Part shown: positions 16,328-24,944 of the stretch, piece after piece
How the letters are laid out: every line of letters begins with the position of its first letter
Numbering within the stretch: the first letter of the stretch is position 1
From: Steroidobacteraceae bacterium
GTDB lineage: Bacteria > Pseudomonadota > Gammaproteobacteria > Steroidobacterales > Steroidobacteraceae
Length of the DNA: 64,000 nucleotides
Reading direction: 5' to 3'
Assembly: GCA_035524595.1 (NCBI GenBank)
Contig: DATKOP010000044.1
Coordinates: 10,792-74,791 of the forward strand
The notes under the pieces: generated by a model
The model's input: the letters and a program-made list of their open reading frames with translations, nothing else
Told to the model about the DNA's origin: nothing
The model's database searches: none
Program-made: the position numbers and the translations under genes

Positions 16328-18841
16328 ATGACGCGTCCGAAGACCACGACCGCCGCGCGCGACCGGCGCTGGATCGTCCACAAGTTCGGCGGCTCCTCGG
16401 TGGCCGACGCCGAGTGCATCGCGCGCGTCGCCGGCATCATCGAGGCGGACCCGAACCCGCGCGTCGCGGTGGTGCTGTCGGCCTGCAAGGGCGTGACGGA
16501 CGCGCTCCTCGAGCTGGTCGCGCTCGCCGAGGCCCAGGACGCGACCTACCTGCAGCGGCTCGCGGCGCTTCGCACCCGCCACACGGCGATCGCCAACGCG
16601 CTCCTGCCGCGGGCCGCCGCCGCGAACCCCTTCATCGCGCAGCTCGAGGCCGACTGCACCGACATCGCCGGCATCCTGCACACCGTCAGCCTGATCCGCC
16701 TGGCCGCGCACAACATCCGGGACCTGGTCGCCGGCTACGGCGAGATCTGGTCGACGCGGATCTTCGCGGCGCTGCTTGCCGAGCGCTCGGCGACGCCGCC
16801 GCCGGTGCACTGGATCGACGCCCGCAAGGCGGTGGTGGTGGAGTGGGGGCCGCTCGGCCCGGCGGTGCAGTGGCGCGAGTCGCAGGCCGCGCTCGATGCG
16901 CTGGTGCCTGCCGACTTCGGCGGCACGCTCGTGATCACCGGCTTCGTCGCCGCCAAGAAGAACGGCGTGCAGACCACGCTCGGCCGCAACGGCAGCGACT
17001 TCTCGGCGTCGATCTTCGGCGCGCTCCTCGGGGCGCGCGAGATCGTGATCTGGACCGACGTCGACGGCGTGCTGTCGGCCGACCCGCGCCGCGTGCCGGA
17101 CGCCAAGGTCATCGACTCGCTGTCCTACAGCGAGGCGATGGAGCTCGCCTACTTCGGCGCCAAGGTGATCCACCCGCAGACCATGGCGCCGGCCGTGTCG
17201 CGCGAGATCCCGATCCTGATCAAGAACACCTTCGCCGCCGACCGGCCGGGGACGCTGATCTGCGCGCGCCCGACCTCGACGCTGAAGGTCAAGGGCATCA
17301 CCACCATCGACGCGGTCGCGCTCGTCAACCTCGAGGGCGCCGGCATGATCGGCGTGCCGGGCACGGCGCAGCGGCTGTTCGGCGCGCTCAACGAGGCCGG
17401 CATCTCGGTGATCCTGATCTCGCAGGGCTCGAGCGAGCACTCGATCTGCTGCGCGGTGCCGGACCGCGAGGCGGCGGCGGCCGAGGGCGTCGTGCGCCGC
17501 GCCTTCGCGACCGAGCTGCGCGACGGCCAGATCCAGCGCGTCGAGGTCAGCAAGGACTGCGCGATCCTGGCGGTGGTCGGCGACGGCATGGCCGGCAGCC
17601 ACGGCATCGCCGCCAAGGTCTTCGGCACGCTGGCCGACGCCGCGGTCAACGTGCGCGCGATCGCGCAGGGCGCCTCGGAGCGCAACATCTCGGTGGTCAT
17701 CGAGGCCAAGCACTCGACGCGCGCGCTGCGCGCGGTGCACGCCGGCTTCTACCTGTCGCCGCACACGCTCTCGATCGGCCTGATCGGCCGCGGCCACGTC
17801 GGCGGCGCGCTGCTCGGGCAGCTCGCCTCGCAGCTCGAGCGCCTGAGGCGCGACGCGCAGCTCGACCTGCGGGTGCGCGGCATCCTCGCCTCGCGCGAGA
17901 TGCTGCTCGCCGACCGCCAGATCGACCCCGGCGCCTGGCGCGAGGCCTTCCAGGCGCACGCCCGGCCGGCCGACCTCGCCGCGTTCACGCGCCACGTGCA
18001 CGCCGAGCACCTGCCGCACGCGGTGATCATCGACTGCTCGGCGAACGCCGAGGTCGCGCGCCACTACCGCGACTGGCTCGCGGCCGGCATCCACGTCGTG
18101 ACGCCCAATAAGAAGGCCAACAGCGGCGCGCTCGACTACTACGAGTCGCTGAAGGAGGCGCGCCGCGCCGGCGGCACGCACTACCTGTACGAGGCGACGG
18201 TCGGCGCCGGCCTGCCGGTGATCCAGACGCTCTACGACCTGCGCGAGACCGGCGACGAGGTGCGCTCGATCGAGGGCATCTTCTCGGGCACGCTCGCCTA
18301 CCTCTTCAACGTCTACGACGGCACGCAGCCGTTCTCGGCGATCGTGCGCGCCGCCAAGCAGAAGGGCTACACCGAGCCCGACCCGCGGGACGACCTGTCG
18401 GGCACCGACGTCGCGCGCAAGCTGATCATCCTGGCGCGCGAGGTCGGCCTCAAGCTCGAGCTCAGCGACGTCGCGATCGAGAGCCTGGTGCCGGCGGCGC
18501 TCGCCGACTGCACGGTGGAGGAGTTCCTGAAGCGCCTGCCCGAGTTCGACGCCGCGATCGCCGCGCGCCACGCCGAGGCGACCGCCGCCGGCGAGGTGCT
18601 GCGCTACGTCGGGCGCCTCGACGCCGCCGCCGGGCGCGCCCAGGTCGGGCTGATGCGCCTCGAGCGCCGCCACCCGTTCGCCAACATCGCGCTGACCGAC
18701 AACGTGGTGCGCTTCGAGACCCGCCGCTACTGCGACAACCCGCTGATCGTGCAGGGCCCGGGCGCCGGGCCGGAAGTGACCGCGGGCGGGGTGTTCGGCG
18801 ACCTGCTGCGCCTGTGCGCCTACCTCGGCGCCAAGATCTGA
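16328..18841 (+). CDS. thrA: bifunctional aspartokinase / homoserine dehydrogenase
   Basis: ATG 16328. 'VHKFGGSSVAD' kinase N-terminus, ACT region, C-terminal homoserine dehydrogenase ('YEATVGAGLPVIQTL'). 837 aa, the size class of enterobacterial ThrA. Confidence 0.92.
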   Translation: MTRPKTTTAARDRRWIVHKFGGSSVADAECIARVAGIIEADPNPRVAVVLSACKGVTDALLELVALAEAQDATYLQRLAALRTRHTAIANALLPRAAAANPFIAQLEADCTDIAGILHTVSLIRLAAHNIRDLVAGYGEIWSTRIFAALLAERSATPPPVHWIDARKAVVVEWGPLGPAVQWRESQAALDALVPADFGGTLVITGFVAAKKNGVQTTLGRNGSDFSASIFGALLGAREIVIWTDVDGVLSADPRRVPDAKVIDSLSYSEAMELAYFGAKVIHPQTMAPAVSREIPILIKNTFAADRPGTLICARPTSTLKVKGITTIDAVALVNLEGAGMIGVPGTAQRLFGALNEAGISVILISQGSSEHSICCAVPDREAAAAEGVVRRAFATELRDGQIQRVEVSKDCAILAVVGDGMAGSHGIAAKVFGTLADAAVNVRAIAQGASERNISVVIEAKHSTRALRAVHAGFYLSPHTLSIGLIGRGHVGGALLGQLASQLERLRRDAQLDLRVRGILASREMLLADRQIDPGAWREAFQAHARPADLAAFTRHVHAEHLPHAVIIDCSANAEVARHYRDWLAAGIHVVTPNKKANSGALDYYESLKEARRAGGTHYLYEATVGAGLPVIQTLYDLRETGDEVRSIEGIFSGTLAYLFNVYDGTQPFSAIVRAAKQKGYTEPDPRDDLSGTDVARKLIILAREVGLKLELSDVAIESLVPAALADCTVEEFLKRLPEFDAAIAARHAEATAAGEVLRYVGRLDAAAGRAQVGLMRLERRHPFANIALTDNVVRFETRRYCDNPLIVQGPGAGPEVTAGGVFGDLLRLCAYLGAKI

Positions 18842-18855
18842 GCGCGCCCGCCGGA

Positions 18856-19794
18856 GTGCAGCCCTTGCGTCACAGCGCCACCGCGTTCGCGCCGGCCACC
18901 GTCGGCAACGTCGGCATCGGCTTCGACATCCTCGGCCACACGGTCGAGGCGATCGGCGACCGGGTCACGGTGACCCGCAGCGCCGAGCGCGGCGTGCGGA
19001 TCCGCGCGATCGAGGGCGTCGCCACGGAGCTGCCGCTCGAGGCGGCGCGCAACACCGCCGGGCAGGCGCTGCTGAGCCTCGCCGAGGCCACGGCGCTCGA
19101 TCACGGCTTCGAGATGTCGATCGTCAAGGGGATCCCGCTCGGCTCCGGCCTCGGCGGCTCGGCGGCCTCGGCGGTGGCGGCGGTGGTCGCCGGCAATGCG
19201 CTGCTGTCGACGCCGCTGCCGAAGCTCGAGCTGCTGAAGTTCGCGATGCAGGGCGAGGCGGTGGCCTCCGGCTCGGTGCACGTCGACAACATCGCGCCGA
19301 GCCTGTTCGGCGGCCTGGTGCTGACGGTCGGCATCGACCACCCGCGCACCAAGCAGATCCCGGTGCCGCCCGGCATCCGCTGCGTGCTGGTGCACCCGCA
19401 CATGTTCCTGTCGACCAAGGAGGCGCGGCGCATCCTGTCGCGGACCGTCAGCCTCTCGGACCTGGTCTGGCAGTGCGCCAACCTCGCCGGCTTCATCTCG
19501 GCCTGCTACACCAACGACCTCGACATGATCCGCGACGCCTTCCTCGACGTCGTCGTCGAGCCGCAGCGCCAGGCGCTGATCCCGGGCTTCAAGGCCGTCA
19601 AGCAGGCGGCGATGTCGCACGGCGCGCTCGGCTGCTCGATCTCGGGCGCGGGCCCGACCACCTTCGCGTGGTGCCTCGCCGCCGACGCCGAGCGCATCCA
19701 GGCGGCGATGGCCGATGCCTTCGGCGCGCACGGGCTCGAGTGCGACCGCTGGATCTCCGCGATCGAGCCGACCGGCGCGCGGGTGATCGACTGA
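18856..19794 (+). CDS. thrB: homoserine kinase
   Basis: 'FAPATVGNVGIGFDILG' and GHMP kinase motif 'GIPLGSGLGGSAASAVAAV'. Start is GTG 18856 or TTG 18865. Confidence 0.88.
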   Translation: MQPLRHSATAFAPATVGNVGIGFDILGHTVEAIGDRVTVTRSAERGVRIRAIEGVATELPLEAARNTAGQALLSLAEATALDHGFEMSIVKGIPLGSGLGGSAASAVAAVVAGNALLSTPLPKLELLKFAMQGEAVASGSVHVDNIAPSLFGGLVLTVGIDHPRTKQIPVPPGIRCVLVHPHMFLSTKEARRILSRTVSLSDLVWQCANLAGFISACYTNDLDMIRDAFLDVVVEPQRQALIPGFKAVKQAAMSHGALGCSISGAGPTTFAWCLAADAERIQAAMADAFGAHGLECDRWISAIEPTGARVID

Positions 19795-21089
19795 TGCGCT
19801 ACGTCTCGACCCGCGACGCGGGCCATCGCGCCTCGCTGTCCGAGGCCCTCGGCCGCGGCCTCGCCCCGGACGGCGGCCTGTACGTCCCGGAGCGCTTCCC
19901 GGCGCTCACGGCCGCGGACTTCGAGGGCGCCGCCGGGCTCGGCGCGGTCGCCGCACGGTTCCTCGCGCCGTTCTTCGCGGGCGATGCGCTCGCGCCCGAG
20001 CTCGGCGCGATCGTCGCCGAGGCCTTCGACTTCGACGTGCCGCTGGTGCCGCTGCGGGTGACGGACGACGCGGCCGTGCTCGAGCTCTTCCACGGGCCGA
20101 CCGCGGCCTTCAAGGACTTCGGCGCGCGCTTCCTCGCCGCCTGCCTCGGCCGCCTGCAGCGCGACCCGGGGCGCACGCTGACCATCCTGGTCGCGACCTC
20201 GGGCGACACCGGTGGCGCGGTGGCGGCCGCCTTCCACGGCCGGCCGGGCATCGAGGTCGTGGTGCTCTACCCGCGCGGGCTCGTCTCGCCGCGCCAGGAG
20301 CAGCAGCTGACCTGCTGGGGCGGCAACGTCCGCTCGCTGTCGGTGGCCGGCACCTTCGACGACTGCCAGCGGCTGGTCAAGGCGGCCTTCGCCGATCCCG
20401 CGCTCGCGGCGCGGCGCGTGCTGTCCTCGGCCAACAGCATCAACGTCGGCCGGCTGCTGCCGCAGGCCTGCTACTACGCCGAGGCGAGCCTCGCGACCTG
20501 GCGCCGCACCGGCCGCGCGGCCAACTTCATCGTGCCCTCGGGCAACCTCGGCAACGTGCTCGCCTGCGTCTGGGCGCGGCGCATGGGCCTGCCGATCGGC
20601 GAGCTCGTGCTCGCCTTCAACGCCAACCGCACGGTGCCCGACTTCCTCGCGAGCGGCGAGTGGCGGCCGCGCGCCTCGGTCGCGACGCTGGCCTCGGCGA
20701 TGGACGTCGGCAACCCGAGCAACATGGAGCGCCTGCGGCACCTGCATCCGGAGTGGCGCGAGCTGGCCGGCGCCGTCAGCGCGGTCAGCGTCAGCGACCA
20801 GGCGATCCGCGCCCGCATCGCGGGCGATGCGGCGCGGCTCGGCGAGGTCTGGTGCCCGCACACGGCGACCGCGGCCGAGGCCTACGCGGGCCTGACGGCC
20901 GCGCAGCGCGCCGCGGGGCCCTGGGTGCTGGTCGCGACCGCGCATCCGGCCAAGTTCCCCGAGACCGTCGAGCCCCTGATCGGCCGCGCCGTGCCGGTGC
21001 CGCCGGCGCTCGCGCGGCTGCTCGCGCTGCCGCGCCAGGTCACCGAGATCCCGGCGACGCTCGCGGCGCTCGCGGCGGTGCTGCCGTGA
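19794..21089 (+). CDS. thrC: threonine synthase
   Basis: ATG 19794 overlaps the thrB TGA (TGATG). 'MRYVSTRD', PLP-lysine motif 'FHGPTAAFKDFGA'. Confidence 0.92.
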   Translation: MRYVSTRDAGHRASLSEALGRGLAPDGGLYVPERFPALTAADFEGAAGLGAVAARFLAPFFAGDALAPELGAIVAEAFDFDVPLVPLRVTDDAAVLELFHGPTAAFKDFGARFLAACLGRLQRDPGRTLTILVATSGDTGGAVAAAFHGRPGIEVVVLYPRGLVSPRQEQQLTCWGGNVRSLSVAGTFDDCQRLVKAAFADPALAARRVLSSANSINVGRLLPQACYYAEASLATWRRTGRAANFIVPSGNLGNVLACVWARRMGLPIGELVLAFNANRTVPDFLASGEWRPRASVATLASAMDVGNPSNMERLRHLHPEWRELAGAVSAVSVSDQAIRARIAGDAARLGEVWCPHTATAAEAYAGLTAAQRAAGPWVLVATAHPAKFPETVEPLIGRAVPVPPALARLLALPRQVTEIPATLAALAAVLP

Positions 21090-21679
21090 CGCTCGCCGAC
21101 GTGCCGCTCGACTGGCTCCTGGGCGGCGCCGCGGCGCTCGCCGCGATCGCCGCCGGCGCCGCCGGGCTCTGGCTCTGGCGACGCCACCGTGCGCGCCGCG
21201 CGCTCCTCGACCGCATCGAGTCGGTGGCCGCCGAGTACCTGCAGGACGTGCTGCTGCCGGACGGCGCCGGCGGCTGGTTCCACGTCGACTTCCTGCTGCT
21301 GACCGGCATGGGCCTGATCGTGGTCGACCTGCGCGACCTGCCGGGCGTGATCTTCGGCAGCGAGCAGATGACCGAGTGGACCGTGATGCAGAAGCACCGC
21401 CGCTACACCTTCCCGAACCCGCTCGGGCCGCTCTACGACCGCATGGCGGTGGTGCGCGCGCTGGTCGGGGAGAGCGTGCCGGTGGACGGCCGGGTCGTGT
21501 TCACCGACCGCGGCACCTTCCCGAAGGGCCACCCGCGGCCGGTGACGCGGCTCGCCTCGCTCGCCACCGAGATCCCGCCGCTCGGCGTCGCCGGGCGCGA
21601 GGAGCTGCTGGCGCGGCTCAGGCCCGCGTGGGAGCAGGTCAAGGCGGCCGCGAGCCCGAGCCCGCTGCGACGCCGCTGA
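21086..21679 (+). CDS. membrane-anchored NERD (nuclease-related domain)-like protein
   Basis: GTG 21086 overlaps the thrC stop (GTGA). N-terminal TM helix, then 'YLQDVLLPDGAGGWFHVDFLLLTGMGLIVVDLRDLPGVIFG', typical of NERD domains. Confidence 0.6.
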   Translation: MTLADVPLDWLLGGAAALAAIAAGAAGLWLWRRHRARRALLDRIESVAAEYLQDVLLPDGAGGWFHVDFLLLTGMGLIVVDLRDLPGVIFGSEQMTEWTVMQKHRRYTFPNPLGPLYDRMAVVRALVGESVPVDGRVVFTDRGTFPKGHPRPVTRLASLATEIPPLGVAGREELLARLRPAWEQVKAAASPSPLRRR

Positions 21680-21698
21680 GCCCGGCCGCCGCGGCAGG

Positions 21699-23108
21699 CT
21701 AGGCGCGGCGCGCGTGCGCGGCGAGCACGGCGGCGACGCAGCCGGTCACGCGCCGCACGCAGCCGAGGTGCAGGAACTCGTTCGGCCCGTGCGCGTTCGA
21801 CTGCGGCCCGAGCACGCCGGTCACCAGGAACTGCGTCCCGGGGTAGCGCGCCGCGAGCATGCCGATGAACGGGATGCTGCCGCCGGTGCCCATCGCGAGC
21901 GCCGGCCGGCCGAAGAAGGACTGCGAGGCCTCCTCGACCGCGCGCGCGAGCCAGGGCGCGAGCGGCGGCGCATCCCAGCCGGCGAGGCTCGAGCCGACCT
22001 CGAAGCTCACCCGCGCCCCGTACGGCGGGTCGCGCTCGAGCGCGGCGCGCACGCGCTCGGCGGCGAGGCCGGCGTCGAGCGTCGGTGGCAGCCTGAGGCT
22101 CAGCTTGAGCGCCAGCCGCGGCAAGAGCGTGTTGCCGGCGCTGCCGAGCGCCGGCAGCCCCTCGGCGCCGGTGACCGCGAGCGTCGGCTTCCAGGTGGAG
22201 TTGAGCAGCAGCTCGGTCGGGTCGTTGCTGACGGGCCTCACGCCCGCGGCCCACGGCAGCTTGCCGGCGACGCCCGCGCCCAGCACCTCGGCCGCGGCGC
22301 GCGCCTCGGCGACGCGGTGCGGCGGCGTCGCGACGTGCAGCTCCTCGAGCGCGACGTCGCCGGTGTGCACGTTCTCGATGCGCTCGAGGAGGCCGCGCAG
22401 GATCCGGAAGGGCGAGGGCGCGATGCCGGTGGCCATGCCGGAATGCACGCCCTCGGTCAGCACCTCGGCGCTCAGCGTGCCGACGAGGTTGCCGCGCAGG
22501 GAGCTCGTCAGCCAGAAGGTGTCGTAGCTGCCGCATTCGGCGTCGAGGCAGATCACGAGGTCGGGCGTGCCGAGCCGGGCGCCGAGGTGCTCGACGTAGA
22601 AGGGCAGGTCGACGCTGCCGCTCTCCTCGCAGCCCTCGATCAGGATCGCGCAGCGCGCGTGCGCCAGCCCCTGCTCCTGGAGCGCGCGGATCGCGAGCAG
22701 GCTCGCGTAGAGCGCGTAGCCGTCGTCGGCGCCGCCGCGACCGTACAGCCGCCCCTCGCGCACCACCGGCGTCCAGGGGTCGAGGCCGGCGCCCCAGCCG
22801 GTGAACTCCGGCTGCTTGTCGAAGTGTCCGTACAAGAGCACCTCGCCGGGCGCCGTGCCCGGCACCTCGGCGAAGATCACCGGTGTGCGGCCGGGCAGGC
22901 GCACGATCTCGACCTTGAGCCCCGCCACCGGCTGGCGGCGGCACCAGTCGACGAGCAGCGCCGCGGCGCGCTCCATGTGGCCGTGCGCCTCCCAGTCGGG
23001 GTCGAACAGCGGCGACTTGTTCGGCACCCGGATGTAGGACTCGAGGCTCGACAGGATGCTCCCGGACCATTCGAGGTCGATGCGGCGGGCGGCGGCGGCG
23101 GCGTCCAT
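21699..23108 (-). CDS. M20/M25/M40-family metallopeptidase (dipeptidase-like)
   Basis: 469 aa. 'LLYGHFDKQPEFTGW', 'GRGGADDGYA', 'IEGCEESGS'. Confidence 0.85.
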   Translation of the reverse strand: MDAAAAARRIDLEWSGSILSSLESYIRVPNKSPLFDPDWEAHGHMERAAALLVDWCRRQPVAGLKVEIVRLPGRTPVIFAEVPGTAPGEVLLYGHFDKQPEFTGWGAGLDPWTPVVREGRLYGRGGADDGYALYASLLAIRALQEQGLAHARCAILIEGCEESGSVDLPFYVEHLGARLGTPDLVICLDAECGSYDTFWLTSSLRGNLVGTLSAEVLTEGVHSGMATGIAPSPFRILRGLLERIENVHTGDVALEELHVATPPHRVAEARAAAEVLGAGVAGKLPWAAGVRPVSNDPTELLLNSTWKPTLAVTGAEGLPALGSAGNTLLPRLALKLSLRLPPTLDAGLAAERVRAALERDPPYGARVSFEVGSSLAGWDAPPLAPWLARAVEEASQSFFGRPALAMGTGGSIPFIGMLAARYPGTQFLVTGVLGPQSNAHGPNEFLHLGCVRRVTGCVAAVLAAHARRA

Positions 23109-23172
23109 GGGCTCTCCCGGTCTTGGTATACGTTATAGTTATCAGTGACTTAAGAGACGTTCATCACGCAGA

Positions 23173-23988
23173 TTATCGATCGAGGGCGGCAAGCTCTAGC
23201 CCGAAGAACCGCGCCGCGGTGCGCGAGGTCGCGAGCGCGAGCGCGGCGACGCTCTCGCCGCGCGCCTCGGCGACCGCGCGGCAGACCTCGGCAAGGTACA
23301 TCGGTTCGTTGCGGCGCGTGGCGGGCTTCGGCCGCAGCGTGCGCGGCAGCAGGTACGGCCCGTCGGTCTCGAGCATCAGGCGCTCCGCCGGGATCGCGCG
23401 CACCACCTCGACGAGGTGGCGGCCGCGGCGCTCGTCGCAGATCCAGCCGGTGATGCCGATCGCGAGCCCGAGGGCGAGGTATTCCTCGGCCTCGGCGCGC
23501 GTGCCGGTGAAGCAGTGCGCGACCGCCCGCGGCAGGCGCGCGCCGCAGGCCCTGAGCGCCGCGACGAAGTCGGCGTGCGCGTCGCGCTGGTGCAGGAACA
23601 GCGGCTTGCCGGTCTCGATCGCGAGCGCGAGCTGGCGCTCGAACGCGGCGCGCTGCGCCGGCCGCGGCGAGTAGTCGCGGAAGTAGTCGAGCCCGCACTC
23701 GCCGATCGCGACCACGGCCGGGTCGGCGGCCAGCGACCGCAGCCGCTCGAGCGCCCGCTCATCGAGCTCGAGCGCATGGTGCGGGTGGACGCCGGCGGTG
23801 GCCGAGAGGAAGCCCGGCTCGGCCGCCGCGAGCGCGGCGGCCGCGGCCGAGGAGGCGACCGACGAGCCGGTCACGACGAGGTGCACGAGCCCGGCGCGGC
23901 GCGCGCGCGCCAGCACCGCGTCGCGGTCGGCGTCGAAGCTGTCGTGGGCGAGGTTGATGCCGATGTCGACGAGCGGCGGGGCGGGCAT
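23173..23988 (-). CDS. tatD: TatD-family metal-dependent hydrolase/DNase
   Basis: ATG 23988. 'LVDIGINLAHDSF', 'GVHPHHA', 'AIGECGLDYFRD', 'LFLHQRDAH'. Confidence 0.88.
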   Translation of the reverse strand: MPAPPLVDIGINLAHDSFDADRDAVLARARRAGLVHLVVTGSSVASSAAAAALAAAEPGFLSATAGVHPHHALELDERALERLRSLAADPAVVAIGECGLDYFRDYSPRPAQRAAFERQLALAIETGKPLFLHQRDAHADFVAALRACGARLPRAVAHCFTGTRAEAEEYLALGLAIGITGWICDERRGRHLVEVVRAIPAERLMLETDGPYLLPRTLRPKPATRRNEPMYLAEVCRAVAEARGESVAALALATSRTAARFFGLELAALDR

Positions 23989-24133
23989 CGGGCTATGGTA
24001 ACGTCCGGCGGCCGCGGTTTTGTGACGGCGTGCGAGGCGCGCCGGCGCGGGCTCGCGTTGAATGCAGCTGGCGGCGCCGCGGACCGCCGCGCCGCCGTCT
24101 CCGCCCGCGCGACCGCCCACGACAGGCCCGACC

Positions 24134-24919
24134 GTGACCACGACCCGCCGCGCACGCCTCGCTCCCGCGCTCGCCACGCTGGCCCTCGCCCTGGCGGCGC
24201 TCGCCGGCACGGCGCGCGCCGCCGCGGCGACGCCCGAGGCGCTCGCCGACTTCGACGCCAAGGCCGAGTACGCGTTCTTCACGGCCGATGCGCGCGCACT
24301 CGCGGCGCTCGCCGCCGCCAACGCCGCCTGGGCGACGTCCGCGCAGCCGCTCGAGCGCTACCAGTACGCGCACGCGGAGTTTCGCCGGCTGCAGGTCGCG
24401 TACCGGCAGAAGAAGCCGCGCGAGGTCGAGGCGGCGGCGGGGGCCTGCCTCGACGCGCTCGAGAAGGCCAACGAGGCCGACCCGCGCTTCGCCGAGGGCC
24501 TCGTGCTCGAGGCCGCCTGCGCCGGCTACCTCGGCTCGCTCGGCGGGCTGCACGGCTCCTCGGCGCAGCGGCGCAGCGAGGCGCGCCTCGCCGCGGCCCG
24601 CGAGCTCGCACCGCGCAACCCGCGCGTGCTGCTGGTCACGGGCCTCGCGCGCTGGTTCCGGCCGGGCGCCGGCGCCGCCGAGCACGCCGAGGCCCGCCAG
24701 TCCTTCGAGGCGGCGACGCGCGCCTTCGAGACCGTGACCGCGAGCCGGCCGGGCGAGCCGTCGTGGGGCGAGGCCGAGGCCTGGCTGTTCGTCGGCCGCG
24801 CGCTCGAGGAGAGCGGCGACGGGCTCGGTGCGCGCAACGCCTACGAGAAGTCGCTCTTGATCGCGCCGGAGTTCGCCGCGGCGCGCCGCCGGGTCGCGGC
24901 GCTGCGCGCGCAGCCCTGA
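24134..24919 (+). CDS. secreted helical (TPR-like) protein of unknown function
   Basis: Signal peptide 'RRARLAPALATLALALAALAGTARA' after GTG 24134 (the track ORF starts at 24062). Ala-rich helical repeats, ending '...ARNAYEKSLLIAPEFAAARRRV'. Confidence 0.6.
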   Translation: MTTTRRARLAPALATLALALAALAGTARAAAATPEALADFDAKAEYAFFTADARALAALAAANAAWATSAQPLERYQYAHAEFRRLQVAYRQKKPREVEAAAGACLDALEKANEADPRFAEGLVLEAACAGYLGSLGGLHGSSAQRRSEARLAAARELAPRNPRVLLVTGLARWFRPGAGAAEHAEARQSFEAATRAFETVTASRPGEPSWGEAEAWLFVGRALEESGDGLGARNAYEKSLLIAPEFAAARRRVAALRAQP

Positions 24920-24944
24920 GCGGGGCGCCGCGCCCGGCGCGGGC

